Shown here piece by piece: positions 7,648 to 15,914 of a stretch of DNA of 32,000 nt (position 1 is its first letter; each line of letters begins with the position of its first letter). The stretch covers positions 810,001 to 842,000 of the forward strand of contig CP006915.1 of assembly GCA_000503915.1 (NCBI GenBank). Direction: 5' to 3'. Origin of the DNA: Candidatus Saccharimonadota bacterium (GTDB lineage: Bacteria; Patescibacteriota; Saccharimonadia; Saccharimonadales; Saccharimonadaceae). A model generated the notes under the pieces. The model worked only from the letters and a program-made list of their open reading frames with translations, ran no database searches and was not told where the DNA came from. The translations under genes and the position numbers were made by a program.

Positions 7648-8451
7648 CTACTGTGGACCAGCACTGGCTAAGCTTTGAACCTCACTGCTGCCGAGCGGGC
7701 GATTATATATTCTCACATCGTCAATGGTGCTTGCCAGGAAGGCCGAAACAGTCCCGTTTCCGCCCCTGGCAGCAATACGTAATGCATTGGCATTTGAAGC
7801 AAAGTTTCCGGAACCGCTCAAAGTATACTGCCAAGAACCGTTCAAATACCCTTTGATAGTCGTCCCATCATAAGTAATGACAAAATGCGACCATTGAGCA
7901 CTGCTCGCCACCATCCCTGTATTGCGCCATGCCCAGCCCGGAGAGGTGTTGGCAAATGCATAGTAAATGCTACCATCCGAAATAAGCGCTACTTCGTAAC
8001 TATTTTCTTTATTCATAATTATACAGGGAGTAGTGACGGTACAGCCGCTTATACTTACTGGTTTTAGCCATGCAGCCAAGGTAACGCCAGGAGCACCAAC
8101 TCGAAGGTTGGCGTTATCATTAATATGGATGTAGTCGGAGGTTCCATTAAATACATAGGCCATACCGCTCGCACCATTTGCATTGGTAGTTGTAATGGCA
8201 CCATCCACCGTACCATTATTACCACCCAAGGAGTTATCGGTACCATTGCCGTTCAATTTCCACCAACCCACAATACCACCACTTTCTGTACACGTGCCTG
8301 AGTCCAGTGAACTGCCGGTCGTATAATGACTCACGCTTCCTGACGTGGCGGAAAGACAGTAGGTCGCCCCATCCGTCCCGTATTGATACGTGACTACCGA
8401 TGAAGCCACGTCAATATCAGACAAAGCCGAGGGATAAGTACTATTTTCCAC
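7648..8451 (-). CDS. LamG/concanavalin-A-like lectin domain ORF (267 aa), probably the detached C-terminal body of a pilin-like protein
   Basis: WWKLNGNGTDNSLGGNNGTVDGA...FNGTSDYIHI...LAAWLKP...DDVRIYNRPLGSSEV is a typical Laminin_G_3 pattern. The only start is GTG, and the frame is open upstream to 8484, overlapping the pilin N-terminal ORF in another frame. Confidence 0.6.
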   Translation of the reverse strand: MENSTYPSALSDIDVASSVVTYQYGTDGATYCLSATSGSVSHYTTGSSLDSGTCTESGGIVGWWKLNGNGTDNSLGGNNGTVDGAITTTNANGASGMAYVFNGTSDYIHINDNANLRVGAPGVTLAAWLKPVSISGCTVTTPCIIMNKENSYEVALISDGSIYYAFANTSPGWAWRNTGMVASSAQWSHFVITYDGTTIKGYLNGSWQYTLSGSGNFASNANALRIAARGGNGTVSAFLASTIDDVRIYNRPLGSSEVQSLASAGPQ

Positions 8452-8455
8452 CTTA

Positions 8456-8626
8456 TTAAAGAGCGAGGTTTCGATTGACTTGAGTTAAAGCAGCGTCGAC
8501 AGTTGTGGAACGAGCTCTATCCTGAGTACCGTTATACGCCAGAATCACAACCGTGGCCAAGATAGCAATGATCACGATAACAATAAGGAGCTCAACAATT
8601 GTAAAACCTCTTACGTTTTTTGCCAT
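8456..8626 (-). CDS. Pilin N-terminal segment ORF (56 aa): prepilin leader plus hydrophobic helix, ending in a TAATAA double stop
   Basis: Hand translation gives MAKNVRGFTIVELLIVIVIIAILATVVILAYNGTQDRARSTTVDAALTQVNRNLAL*. It is below the ORF-track size cutoff. It sits directly upstream of the LamG ORF in a different frame. Confidence 0.55.
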   Translation of the reverse strand: MAKNVRGFTIVELLIVIVIIAILATVVILAYNGTQDRARSTTVDAALTQVNRNLAL

Positions 8627-8651
8627 AGCATAACTATATCACTAACAATTA

Positions 8652-8682
8652 CCTAAAATAGAATACCCGGCAGGCCGGGTAT
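8652..8682 (-). terminator. Rho-independent terminator after rpsP
   Basis: Minus strand reads ATACCCGG-cctg-CCGGGTAT followed by TCTATTTT. Confidence 0.6.
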
Positions 8683-8717
8683 TTAAGAAACTTGCCTTAT
8701 GTACACTATTCTGTTTT

Positions 8718-9128
8718 TTATTCCGCTGTATCAGGGGTTGTTTCTGGCTCGACAGTTGTTTCTGTTTCGGGCTCGGCTTCGGCCGGTGCTGCTTCGGCTA
8801 CTGGCGCTTCTTTTGGCTGGTTTTTACGCAGTTTTTCGGCATTCTTGAGTGACCTTTTCTTGTCGGTCGCAGGCTCTCTCACCCAGGTTGGCAGTTTGAC
8901 GCCAGCGTCTTTTAGCAGTTTGACGACACGCGGCGTTGGCTGAGCGCCATTGTCGAGGTATTTTTGAGCGGCTTCGACTTGAACCGAAGCTTCTTTGGTG
9001 TGGGGGTTGTAGCTACCAACATAGGCAACCACGCGGCCACTTGATGGATGACGCTGCGCTTCCTGAACAGCGAGGCGATAAACGGGATAGCCTTTGCGGC
9101 CGACACGTTGCAAACGAATTGCGAGCAT
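8718..9128 (-). CDS. rpsP: 30S ribosomal protein S16 with a Pro/Glu/Ala/Thr-rich C-terminal extension
   Basis: MLAIRLQRVGRKGYPVYRLAV...GSYNP...YLDNGAQPT is the canonical S16 sequence. Confidence 0.93.
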   Translation of the reverse strand: MLAIRLQRVGRKGYPVYRLAVQEAQRHPSSGRVVAYVGSYNPHTKEASVQVEAAQKYLDNGAQPTPRVVKLLKDAGVKLPTWVREPATDKKRSLKNAEKLRKNQPKEAPVAEAAPAEAEPETETTVEPETTPDTAE

Positions 9129-9204
9129 AAAAACAAAACTTCCTTTTTACTCTTTAAGTCTTTTATAGTACTTCTAGTGAATTTTACTCTATTACAGAGG
9201 TAAC

Positions 9205-9282
9205 GTCAACCCTGTAGTAGACTTTTCGAGAACTTCGTTATGTCGCTACACGACAATCTCGAAAAGCTCACTACAGGGTCAA
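9205..9282 (-). other. Long imperfect inverted repeat (arms of about 22 bp, ~25-nt loop) in the rnc-rpsP intergenic region
   Basis: CAACCCTGTAGTAGACTTTTCGAGA ... TCTCGAAAAGCTCACTACAGGGTCAA. The loop contains a small GTCG-ctaca-CGAC hairpin. Confidence 0.6.
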
Positions 9283-9286
9283 TCTG

Positions 9287-10015
9287 TTAAGACGCAAAAC
9301 TGTCGGGGTGTTCACTCTGGTAGCGTTCGAGCGCTGCTCGGGCGGCTTGTTGTTGGGCAATTTGTTTGCTGTGTCCTTTACCCTTACCCTTCATTTTGGC
9401 GTTCACAAAGACACCGAGCGTAAACAACTTGTCATGATCGGGACCGATCTCCTCGAGCACTTTATACTGTGGTGTGGCGCCATCGATGCGCTGCGAGACT
9501 TCCTGCAGATGCGACTTTGGGTCGCGCCAGCTACCCTCTTCGAGGATGGGCTCCAGTTTGCTGGCGATGTGTTTCAAAATAAAGCTTTCGGCATCTTTGT
9601 AGCCGCGCTCCAGATAGATCGCACCAATGACGGCCTCAAACGAATTCGCCAAGATCTGTTGGCGCGCTCGTTCACTGCCGTGCTTCTCGCCTTTGCTCAT
9701 ACGTAGCAAGGACTCGTAACCCAGCTTATCGCCGGCTTCACCGATACTTTCCGTCCGCACCAGTGCAGCGCGCCAGCTGGTCAATGTACCCTCCGGTTCG
9801 CTGTAATTGTTGTAGAGAAAGTCGGTAACGGCCAGCTCCAACACTGCATCACCGAGGAACTCCAAACGCTCATTGTGCTCAGACACACTTTTTTTGTGTT
9901 CGTTGACGTAGCTTCGGTGCGTGAGAGCCGTGACGAGGAGATCAATATTCTTAAATTCAAAACCCAGCTTCTCGCGAGCAAATTCTTGGTAGGGAGCTAC
10001 GGACATACCTGACAT
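9287..10015 (-). CDS. rnc: Ribonuclease III
   Basis: ALTHRSY, the NERLEFLGDAVLEL signature, and a C-terminal dsRBD (KSHLQE...QQAARAAL). A TAATG overlap joins it to the upstream Nudix gene. Confidence 0.93.
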   Translation of the reverse strand: MSGMSVAPYQEFAREKLGFEFKNIDLLVTALTHRSYVNEHKKSVSEHNERLEFLGDAVLELAVTDFLYNNYSEPEGTLTSWRAALVRTESIGEAGDKLGYESLLRMSKGEKHGSERARQQILANSFEAVIGAIYLERGYKDAESFILKHIASKLEPILEEGSWRDPKSHLQEVSQRIDGATPQYKVLEEIGPDHDKLFTLGVFVNAKMKGKGKGHSKQIAQQQAARAALERYQSEHPDSFAS

Positions 10016-10512
10016 TACAGATTCTCCTGGCGAATTCGTTTCATCCCGAGCAGCATCAGCTTGCCGATGTCTTCGTACTCAATAGCATCGAGCGCATCGC
10101 TAAATGAAAACCATTTGATACCGTTCATCCATTCTTCCTTCTTAATCGCGTTGGTATTACCCATCGCTTTTACAAGGTAGATTTGTGTCGTCATGAGCAC
10201 CAACTTGTCGATGCGGCGATAACGGAAATGGATTTTGCCGAGCCAACCGAGGACTTCCACCTCTGTTAGTCCAGCCTCTTCACCAATCTCACGCTTTGCA
10301 GTCTCCTGCGCGGTTTCACCTGGTTCAATATGTCCTTTCGGAATCGTCCAGCGGTCTTTGGCGTCTTGAATCAGCAGGATCTCTATCTCGCCCTGTTTGT
10401 TGCGACGATAAACCACCCCGCCAGCCGTCGGCTCGCGCACGATTTCCTGAATAGAGGGTTTTTTACCGCGATTAAAATATTTCTTGAATTTACCGAGTTG
10501 AGGTGTTGGCAT
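10015..10512 (-). CDS. Nudix hydrolase
   Basis: Canonical Nudix box GHIEPGETAQETAKREIGEEAGL (Gx5Ex7REUxEExGU). Confidence 0.85.
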   Translation of the reverse strand: MPTPQLGKFKKYFNRGKKPSIQEIVREPTAGGVVYRRNKQGEIEILLIQDAKDRWTIPKGHIEPGETAQETAKREIGEEAGLTEVEVLGWLGKIHFRYRRIDKLVLMTTQIYLVKAMGNTNAIKKEEWMNGIKWFSFSDALDAIEYEDIGKLMLLGMKRIRQENL

Positions 10513-10951
10513 CGTTTTTTCCTTCTACAAGCGTTCGATAGGCTGTCCCGAGGACGCCGTTGATGAACTTGCTTGAGTTTTCAGAACCAAATGCCTTTGC
10601 CAGTTCAACCGCTTCGTTGATCACTACCTTTGGCGGTACTGTATCAGCTTGATGAAGTAGCTCGTAGAGCCCCATTCGGAGGACGTTGCGGTCGATCCGG
10701 GCGATCTGATCGATCGGCCAGCCCGGTGCCATCTCTTGTAGCTTTTCATCCATCTCGGCCTGGTACTCTAAGACGCCATTTACCAGCGTGCTGACAAATC
10801 CCTTGTCATCGATTGCTTCCTGGTAGCGCTCAATATTACGCGTCAGTATCTCGGTGAGGTCAACGCTTTCATCAGCTGACGACGTACGAAACTCGTACTC
10901 GTAGAGCGTTTGCAAAGCGACGATTCGCCCAAGATGTCGATTTGAGGCCAT
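10490..10951 (-). CDS. nusB: Transcription antitermination factor NusB
   Basis: RIVALQTLYEYEF..., ...LRMGLYELL..., PPKVVINEAVELAKAFG; size and motifs fit NusB. Confidence 0.88.
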   Translation of the reverse strand: MASNRHLGRIVALQTLYEYEFRTSSADESVDLTEILTRNIERYQEAIDDKGFVSTLVNGVLEYQAEMDEKLQEMAPGWPIDQIARIDRNVLRMGLYELLHQADTVPPKVVINEAVELAKAFGSENSSKFINGVLGTAYRTLVEGKNDANTSTR

Positions 10952-10993
10952 GGTATTGGTTCTTTCTGATTATGTTAAGAGCTGGCTAAAGTA

Positions 10994-11143
10994 TTAGCTG
11001 GCTTTCTTTTTGCCGGTCTCACGCTTGGTAGTGTGGACTTTGACTGGTGATTTGGCGTTTACCATACGCGCCAGTTTGAGGCGTAGGTGGCTACGACGTA
11101 AACCCGTCTTGCGCGGGCTTGATTGTTTCTTTGGCTCTGCCAC
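10994..11143 (-). CDS. rpmF: 50S ribosomal protein L32 (49 aa, GTG start)
   Basis: Hand translation gives (M)AEPKKQSSPRKTGLRRSHLRLKLARMVNAKSPVKVHTTKRETGKKKAS*, which has the L32 N-terminal PKKKxSxxRxxxRRSH pattern. AAGGAG lies 8 nt upstream. It is below the ORF-track cutoff. Confidence 0.75.
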   Translation of the reverse strand: MAEPKKQSSPRKTGLRRSHLRLKLARMVNAKSPVKVHTTKRETGKKKAS

Positions 11144-11220
11144 TTGAATGTTCTCCTTCTCAGGTTGATGTAAACTTACCCTGCATTATAGCGGTTCCCG
11201 GCTGTTTTCTCAAGCAGTTA

Positions 11221-11249
11221 TTGACAACAATTCATATAAATGTTATTAT
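11221..11249 (+). promoter_or_regulatory. Promoter TTGACA-17 nt-TATTAT, positioned for a leaderless transcript of the LysM gene
   Basis: TTGACA at 11221-11226 and TATTAT at 11244-11249. The ATG at 11256 is 6 nt after the -10 box, and there is no SD. Confidence 0.55.
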
Positions 11250-11255
11250 GGTAAT

Positions 11256-11615
11256 ATGAAAGATGTGTTGGATAAAACCCCGAACAAGCTTCGGACTTCG
11301 ACGGTAGCTATTGTAGCTGTCATGAGCGGTATCGCACTTAATAGCTGCACCGCCGCTGACAAAGGAACTGCACCAACTCCCGCCTGTGCTATCCACATTG
11401 AGCGGGGTGATACGCTCTATAGTATCGCCGCTGCGAGCGACATGGATATACGCGAAGGCATTGCCGAGATGAAACAGATTAATTCAGGTGTCGACGCCGG
11501 TCATCTAAGCATTGGAGACGATGTGGCGATCAGCTCACAGATGTGTCAGGATATTATTGGCAACAAAAAAAATACCTTGGATCTGCGCCCACTACACGAC
11601 GATCTCAATCAGTAA
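11256..11615 (+). CDS. LysM-domain lipoprotein
   Basis: Signal peptide with a lipobox (IALNSC), then ERGDTLYSIAAAS...INSGVDAGHLSIGDDVAI, which is LysM-like. Confidence 0.65.
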   Translation: MKDVLDKTPNKLRTSTVAIVAVMSGIALNSCTAADKGTAPTPACAIHIERGDTLYSIAAASDMDIREGIAEMKQINSGVDAGHLSIGDDVAISSQMCQDIIGNKKNTLDLRPLHDDLNQ

Positions 11616-14508
11616 TTACAATACTCACCAGCCGGCCGGGAACGTAAATCGTCTTGGCCGGTTTTTGTGTACCGACAAATTTCTGAACATTTTCATCAGC
11701 CAGAGCCGCCGCGATAGCATCTTCTTTACTGACATCTTTAGCGAGCTCGAGTTTGGCACGTACTTTCCCGTTTACCTGAACAACGATTGTCGCTGTTTCG
11801 CTAGTCGTGAGCGCCTCATCCCACGATGGCCATGGTGCAGTATCGAGCGACTCTTCGTGTCCGAGCTGCTGCCAAAGTTCAGCGCTGAGATGTGGCGCAA
11901 ATGGAGCGAGTAGCTGGGTCATGGTCTCTAATACGTCACGCCATGGTTTATCACTAAATCCATCAGCTTTTAATTTGTATAGTTCATTCGTTGCTTCCAT
12001 CATAGCTGCAATGGCGGTATTGAAACTCAATCGGTGCAAGTCTTCGGTGACTTTTTTCGTCGTCTTATGTTGCAAACGACGAACCGCATCGTCCTGCTGG
12101 GTGTCCGCTACTGTGTCAGCTGCTAGATATTCCTGTGTCAATGTCCAGACGCGCGTCAGGAAACGATAGACACCGGCTAGGCCATTAGTGCTCCAGGCTG
12201 AATCTTCTTCGATTGGACCAACAAACAGCAGGAAGGTGCGTAATGCATCAGCGCCGTAGCCTTGGTCGATAATGTCGAGTGGGTCAATGACATTGCCAAG
12301 GCTTTTACTCATCTTGCGGCCGTCCTCGGCTTGGATCAGGCCGTGGTAGACTAGTTTCTTAACTGGCTCCTTGCTCGGTACCAGTCCCATGTCGTAAAAA
12401 ACGTGATTCCAGAAGCGGACGTAGAGCAAATGCGCGACCGCATGGTCGCCACCAACATAGTAGTCAACCGGTGTCCAGTAGTCGGCCTTTTCTTGCGACC
12501 AGGCTTGCTGGTCGTTCTTCGGGTCGGTGTAGCGCAGCAAATACCAGCTACTACAGGCGTAGCCGTCCATGGTATCAGTTTCACGCTTTGCTGGGCCACC
12601 ACACTCAGGACAGGTCGTATTAACCCAGTCGTCGACGCGCGCCAGCACTGATTTACCGTCACCTTTTGGGGCGTAATCTTCTACTTCTGGCAGCACCACT
12701 GGCAGCTGATCTTCTGGCACCGCCACGGCGCCATCTTTTTCACAATGAATGATCGGAATCGGCGCACCCCAATAACGCTGGCGAGAAATCAGCCAATCGC
12801 GCATTTTGTAGGTGGTCATCATCTTGCCTGTTCCCTGCTCTTCCAGCCAGGCAACAACCTCTTCACGCGCCTCACTCGTCGGCATGCCGTCAAAAGCTCC
12901 AGAATTTACCAGTACACCCTCATTGGCATATACGGCTGTCTTTTGATCTAGATACGCCAGCCATACTTTTAGATGCGTCTGCCAGGTAAGCTTTTTAGCT
13001 ACCTGATCTTTTGTAATCCACTCAATAGTGTGCTTGCCCTCATCAACTTCACTTCTGATTTGAGTTTTTGAGCCAAGCATAACTTCATATGCAGCACCTC
13101 TATAGCGATGATTCACCCCTTTGTCCGGACGATAGGCAATACCGGAAATGATTGGGAAAATTTTTCTGACACTTACAATATCTGTATAGCCCGTCTCCTC
13201 AGCTACTTCCCTACGTAGTCCGTCTTCCGTCGAAGAGTCTTCTTGTTCAATCCCTCCCCCAACGAAGTGCGTATCGGTCACCCCACCTTCTGTTGAAGTT
13301 TGTAGCAAGTAATTACCCTCGCCATCGCAGATGACTGCATCCGCCACGTTTCGATCGATAGTCTCAGCGTCTAACTCTGGCTCAAAGTGATCGCCACTAA
13401 TATGATGCTCAGCAACCACTTGCACTACTGGCAATTTGTACTTCTCTGCAAATTCATAATCACGTTCGTCATGAGCCGGCACAGCCATGATAGCGCCCGT
13501 GCCGTAGCCACCAAGGACATAGTCGGCAATCCAGATAGGAATTTTTTCTCCCGTGGCTGGATTGATGGCATAGGAGCCGGTAAATACACCTGTTTTTTCT
13601 TTGCCTTCACTTTGACGCTCAATCTCAGACTTTTTCAGCGCCGTTTTTACATAAGCGTCGACATTTTCGTGCGTCTCATCAGTCGTCAGTGCCTCGACTA
13701 GCGAATGCTCCGGCGCAATAACCATGAAGGTAGCACCGAAAATCGTGTCGGGACGCGTCGTAAATACGGTGAGCGTTTCATCATGCTCGGCGACCAAGAA
13801 CTCAATCTCGGCACCCTGGCTTTTGCCGATCCAGTTGGTTTGGGCAGTTTTGATCTTTTCCGGCCAGTCGAGCGCCGGGATTTCTTCGAGCAGCGCATCG
13901 GCATAGTCAGTAATCTTGAAAAACCATTGGCGAATATTCTTTTTTTCAGCCAGTGGATCGTCGGGACCATCGTGGCGCCAGCACTTGCCATTGATAACCT
14001 GCTCGTTGGCAAGCACCGTTTGATCGATCGGACACCACCATTGCAACGAATCTTTCTGATAAGCCAGGCCACGCTCAAAAAACTTGGTAAAAACCCATTG
14101 GGTCCAGCGATAGTAGTCGGGGTCGGACGTATTGATCTCGCGCGACCAGTCGATACTGGCGCCGAGCCGTTTTAGCTGATGAGTAAAATTGGCGATATTG
14201 TCTTTGGTCACTTTGGCCGGTGCCATGCCGGTCTTGATCGCGTAATTTTCAGCGGGCAGTCCAAATGCATCCCAACCCATCGGGTTCATGACATTGCGGC
14301 CGTGTGCACGTTGAAAACGGGCAATTGCATCGACAACCGAATGTTCCATAGCATGGCCAGAGTGCATACCGGCGGCACTTGGGTACGGGAACATAGGAGA
14401 AATATAGAATTTTTCCCTATCGCCGCCGTCGCTTGCCTGGTAGCGGCGCTCGTCCGCCCAAACTTTTTGCCAGCCAGGCTCGATCTCACTCGGATTGTAT
14501 CGCTGCAT
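11605..14508 (-). CDS. leuS: Leucyl-tRNA synthetase carrying an internal Nudix-like domain insertion (about aa 366-528)
   Basis: PYPSAAGMHSGHAMEH (HIGH-type), KMSKSLGN, and the CP1 editing region (TTRPDTIFGATFMVIAPEH, AVPAHDERDYEFAEKYKLP). The protein is 967 aa. The insertion contains GGGIEQEDSSTEDGLRREVAEETGY. Confidence 0.93.
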   Translation of the reverse strand: MQRYNPSEIEPGWQKVWADERRYQASDGGDREKFYISPMFPYPSAAGMHSGHAMEHSVVDAIARFQRAHGRNVMNPMGWDAFGLPAENYAIKTGMAPAKVTKDNIANFTHQLKRLGASIDWSREINTSDPDYYRWTQWVFTKFFERGLAYQKDSLQWWCPIDQTVLANEQVINGKCWRHDGPDDPLAEKKNIRQWFFKITDYADALLEEIPALDWPEKIKTAQTNWIGKSQGAEIEFLVAEHDETLTVFTTRPDTIFGATFMVIAPEHSLVEALTTDETHENVDAYVKTALKKSEIERQSEGKEKTGVFTGSYAINPATGEKIPIWIADYVLGGYGTGAIMAVPAHDERDYEFAEKYKLPVVQVVAEHHISGDHFEPELDAETIDRNVADAVICDGEGNYLLQTSTEGGVTDTHFVGGGIEQEDSSTEDGLRREVAEETGYTDIVSVRKIFPIISGIAYRPDKGVNHRYRGAAYEVMLGSKTQIRSEVDEGKHTIEWITKDQVAKKLTWQTHLKVWLAYLDQKTAVYANEGVLVNSGAFDGMPTSEAREEVVAWLEEQGTGKMMTTYKMRDWLISRQRYWGAPIPIIHCEKDGAVAVPEDQLPVVLPEVEDYAPKGDGKSVLARVDDWVNTTCPECGGPAKRETDTMDGYACSSWYLLRYTDPKNDQQAWSQEKADYWTPVDYYVGGDHAVAHLLYVRFWNHVFYDMGLVPSKEPVKKLVYHGLIQAEDGRKMSKSLGNVIDPLDIIDQGYGADALRTFLLFVGPIEEDSAWSTNGLAGVYRFLTRVWTLTQEYLAADTVADTQQDDAVRRLQHKTTKKVTEDLHRLSFNTAIAAMMEATNELYKLKADGFSDKPWRDVLETMTQLLAPFAPHLSAELWQQLGHEESLDTAPWPSWDEALTTSETATIVVQVNGKVRAKLELAKDVSKEDAIAAALADENVQKFVGTQKPAKTIYVPGRLVSIVITD

Positions 14509-14564
14509 AACTATCTGTTAGTATACCATCGATTCACCACCGAGAAAACTGAGGCGTTGAGCCG

Positions 14565-15851
14565 CTACTCGGTGAGGTTGCCGAAAAACTTTTCTTTGGT
14601 CTGCTGCCACTGCGCTCCTTGGCGCACCAGCTGATGGTCGTCGCTCGTTTCGTGAAGCAAGATCTTTAAGGCTTCCTCCGCATAAACATTGTTTTGCGAG
14701 CCTTTAGCAAGGACAACCGCACCACTTTCGACAACACCGTTGACAAAACCGCCAGCCTGCAATGCGGAGCGGAATGATTTCACTTGGCAACCGCGTGCCC
14801 GAGCAGCCGGTGCCAGATATTTCTCCGACTCCGGCCCAATCGTCACCACCCAGGCGAGTAAGCTCGGGTCGCATAGCGTACCGAGTGTCTCGTGCTCAGT
14901 TTGGGACGAGCTGCCCAATTCATTCATGTCACCCAAGATGGCGATACGCTGCGGCGCCTGCAAATTATAAAGCGTCTGGAGTGCCGCGCTGGCCGATGCC
15001 GGACTCGAATTGTACGTGTCATCGATCAAGATAGAATCCTGGACACCGCGGAGTACATTCATTCGCCCATTCACCGCTACGATATCTTCCACTGCCTCGG
15101 CTACGACACGAATATCCATGCCAAGTTTCAGAGCCACGGCGACGGCAGCCGCCACTGGTCGGAGCGAATGCTCGCCCAGTACACGCACATTTGCGACCAC
15201 GCCTTCTTTCAAGTCGGGTGCGTAAAAATATGCCTCATAGCCATGATTGATATCGAAATCTTTTACCTCGATCCGATACTCTGCCGACCCAGTCGTGCCG
15301 TAGGTGTTCACCTCAGGGTTGGTCAAATATTGCGAGAACCGGCCATCGATATCATCCCGGTTAATGAGAGCGGCCTGGCTAAAATTCGCCAGCGTCAATT
15401 CCTCCTGGGCAACGGTCTCAATACTGCCAAGAAACTCCATATGCTCTGGCGTAACTGCCGTCACCACACCCAAAAATGGTTTAAGGTACGTGCCGAAATG
15501 AGCGATCTCACCCGGGTGATCAGTACCCAGCTCCTGGACAATCACATCGACATCGCTCGGCTGATGGATTCGCTTCTTAGCGGCGCGAAATACCTGCAGC
15601 CACGCTATCACACCATGAACATTCTCCGGATAGGTGATACCTAAAATACCGAGCGGAGCGCTGAGATGCGTATTGTGATTGCTGTCTTCCATTCGGACAC
15701 GCAATGACTTTGCAAGTACTGTCGCGATCGCAGTCTTGGTACTGGTCTTGCCGACACTGCCACCGACGGCAATAAGCCTAACTTCGGGATGCGCCTTAAA
15801 GTAGGCGCGAACGTAACTTTCTAATTTTTTTTGGACAAATCGTTTAAACAT
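14565..15851 (-). CDS. murF: Mur ligase family protein, probably UDP-MurNAc-tripeptide--D-Ala-D-Ala ligase (MurF)
   Basis: P-loop GGSVGKTSTKTAIA, HNTHLSAPLGILG, DDTYNSSPASASAAL, GDMNELG. Confidence 0.75.
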   Translation of the reverse strand: MFKRFVQKKLESYVRAYFKAHPEVRLIAVGGSVGKTSTKTAIATVLAKSLRVRMEDSNHNTHLSAPLGILGITYPENVHGVIAWLQVFRAAKKRIHQPSDVDVIVQELGTDHPGEIAHFGTYLKPFLGVVTAVTPEHMEFLGSIETVAQEELTLANFSQAALINRDDIDGRFSQYLTNPEVNTYGTTGSAEYRIEVKDFDINHGYEAYFYAPDLKEGVVANVRVLGEHSLRPVAAAVAVALKLGMDIRVVAEAVEDIVAVNGRMNVLRGVQDSILIDDTYNSSPASASAALQTLYNLQAPQRIAILGDMNELGSSSQTEHETLGTLCDPSLLAWVVTIGPESEKYLAPAARARGCQVKSFRSALQAGGFVNGVVESGAVVLAKGSQNNVYAEEALKILLHETSDDHQLVRQGAQWQQTKEKFFGNLTE

Positions 15852-15914
15852 AGACTGTATTAATCATACGTGATTTGCCCAGGAATTACGAATCACGCGT
15901 TGTTATCGTCGGTT

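Noticed and set aside
8692-9136. ORFs of 83, 74 and 64 aa overlapping rpsP.
   Set aside because: They are alternative or antisense frames of a canonical S16 gene.
14892-15644. A 250-aa plus-strand ORF, with other plus-strand ORFs at 14689-15501.
   Set aside because: They are antisense to murF, which has strong Mur-ligase motifs. The antisense products are low-complexity and Arg-rich.
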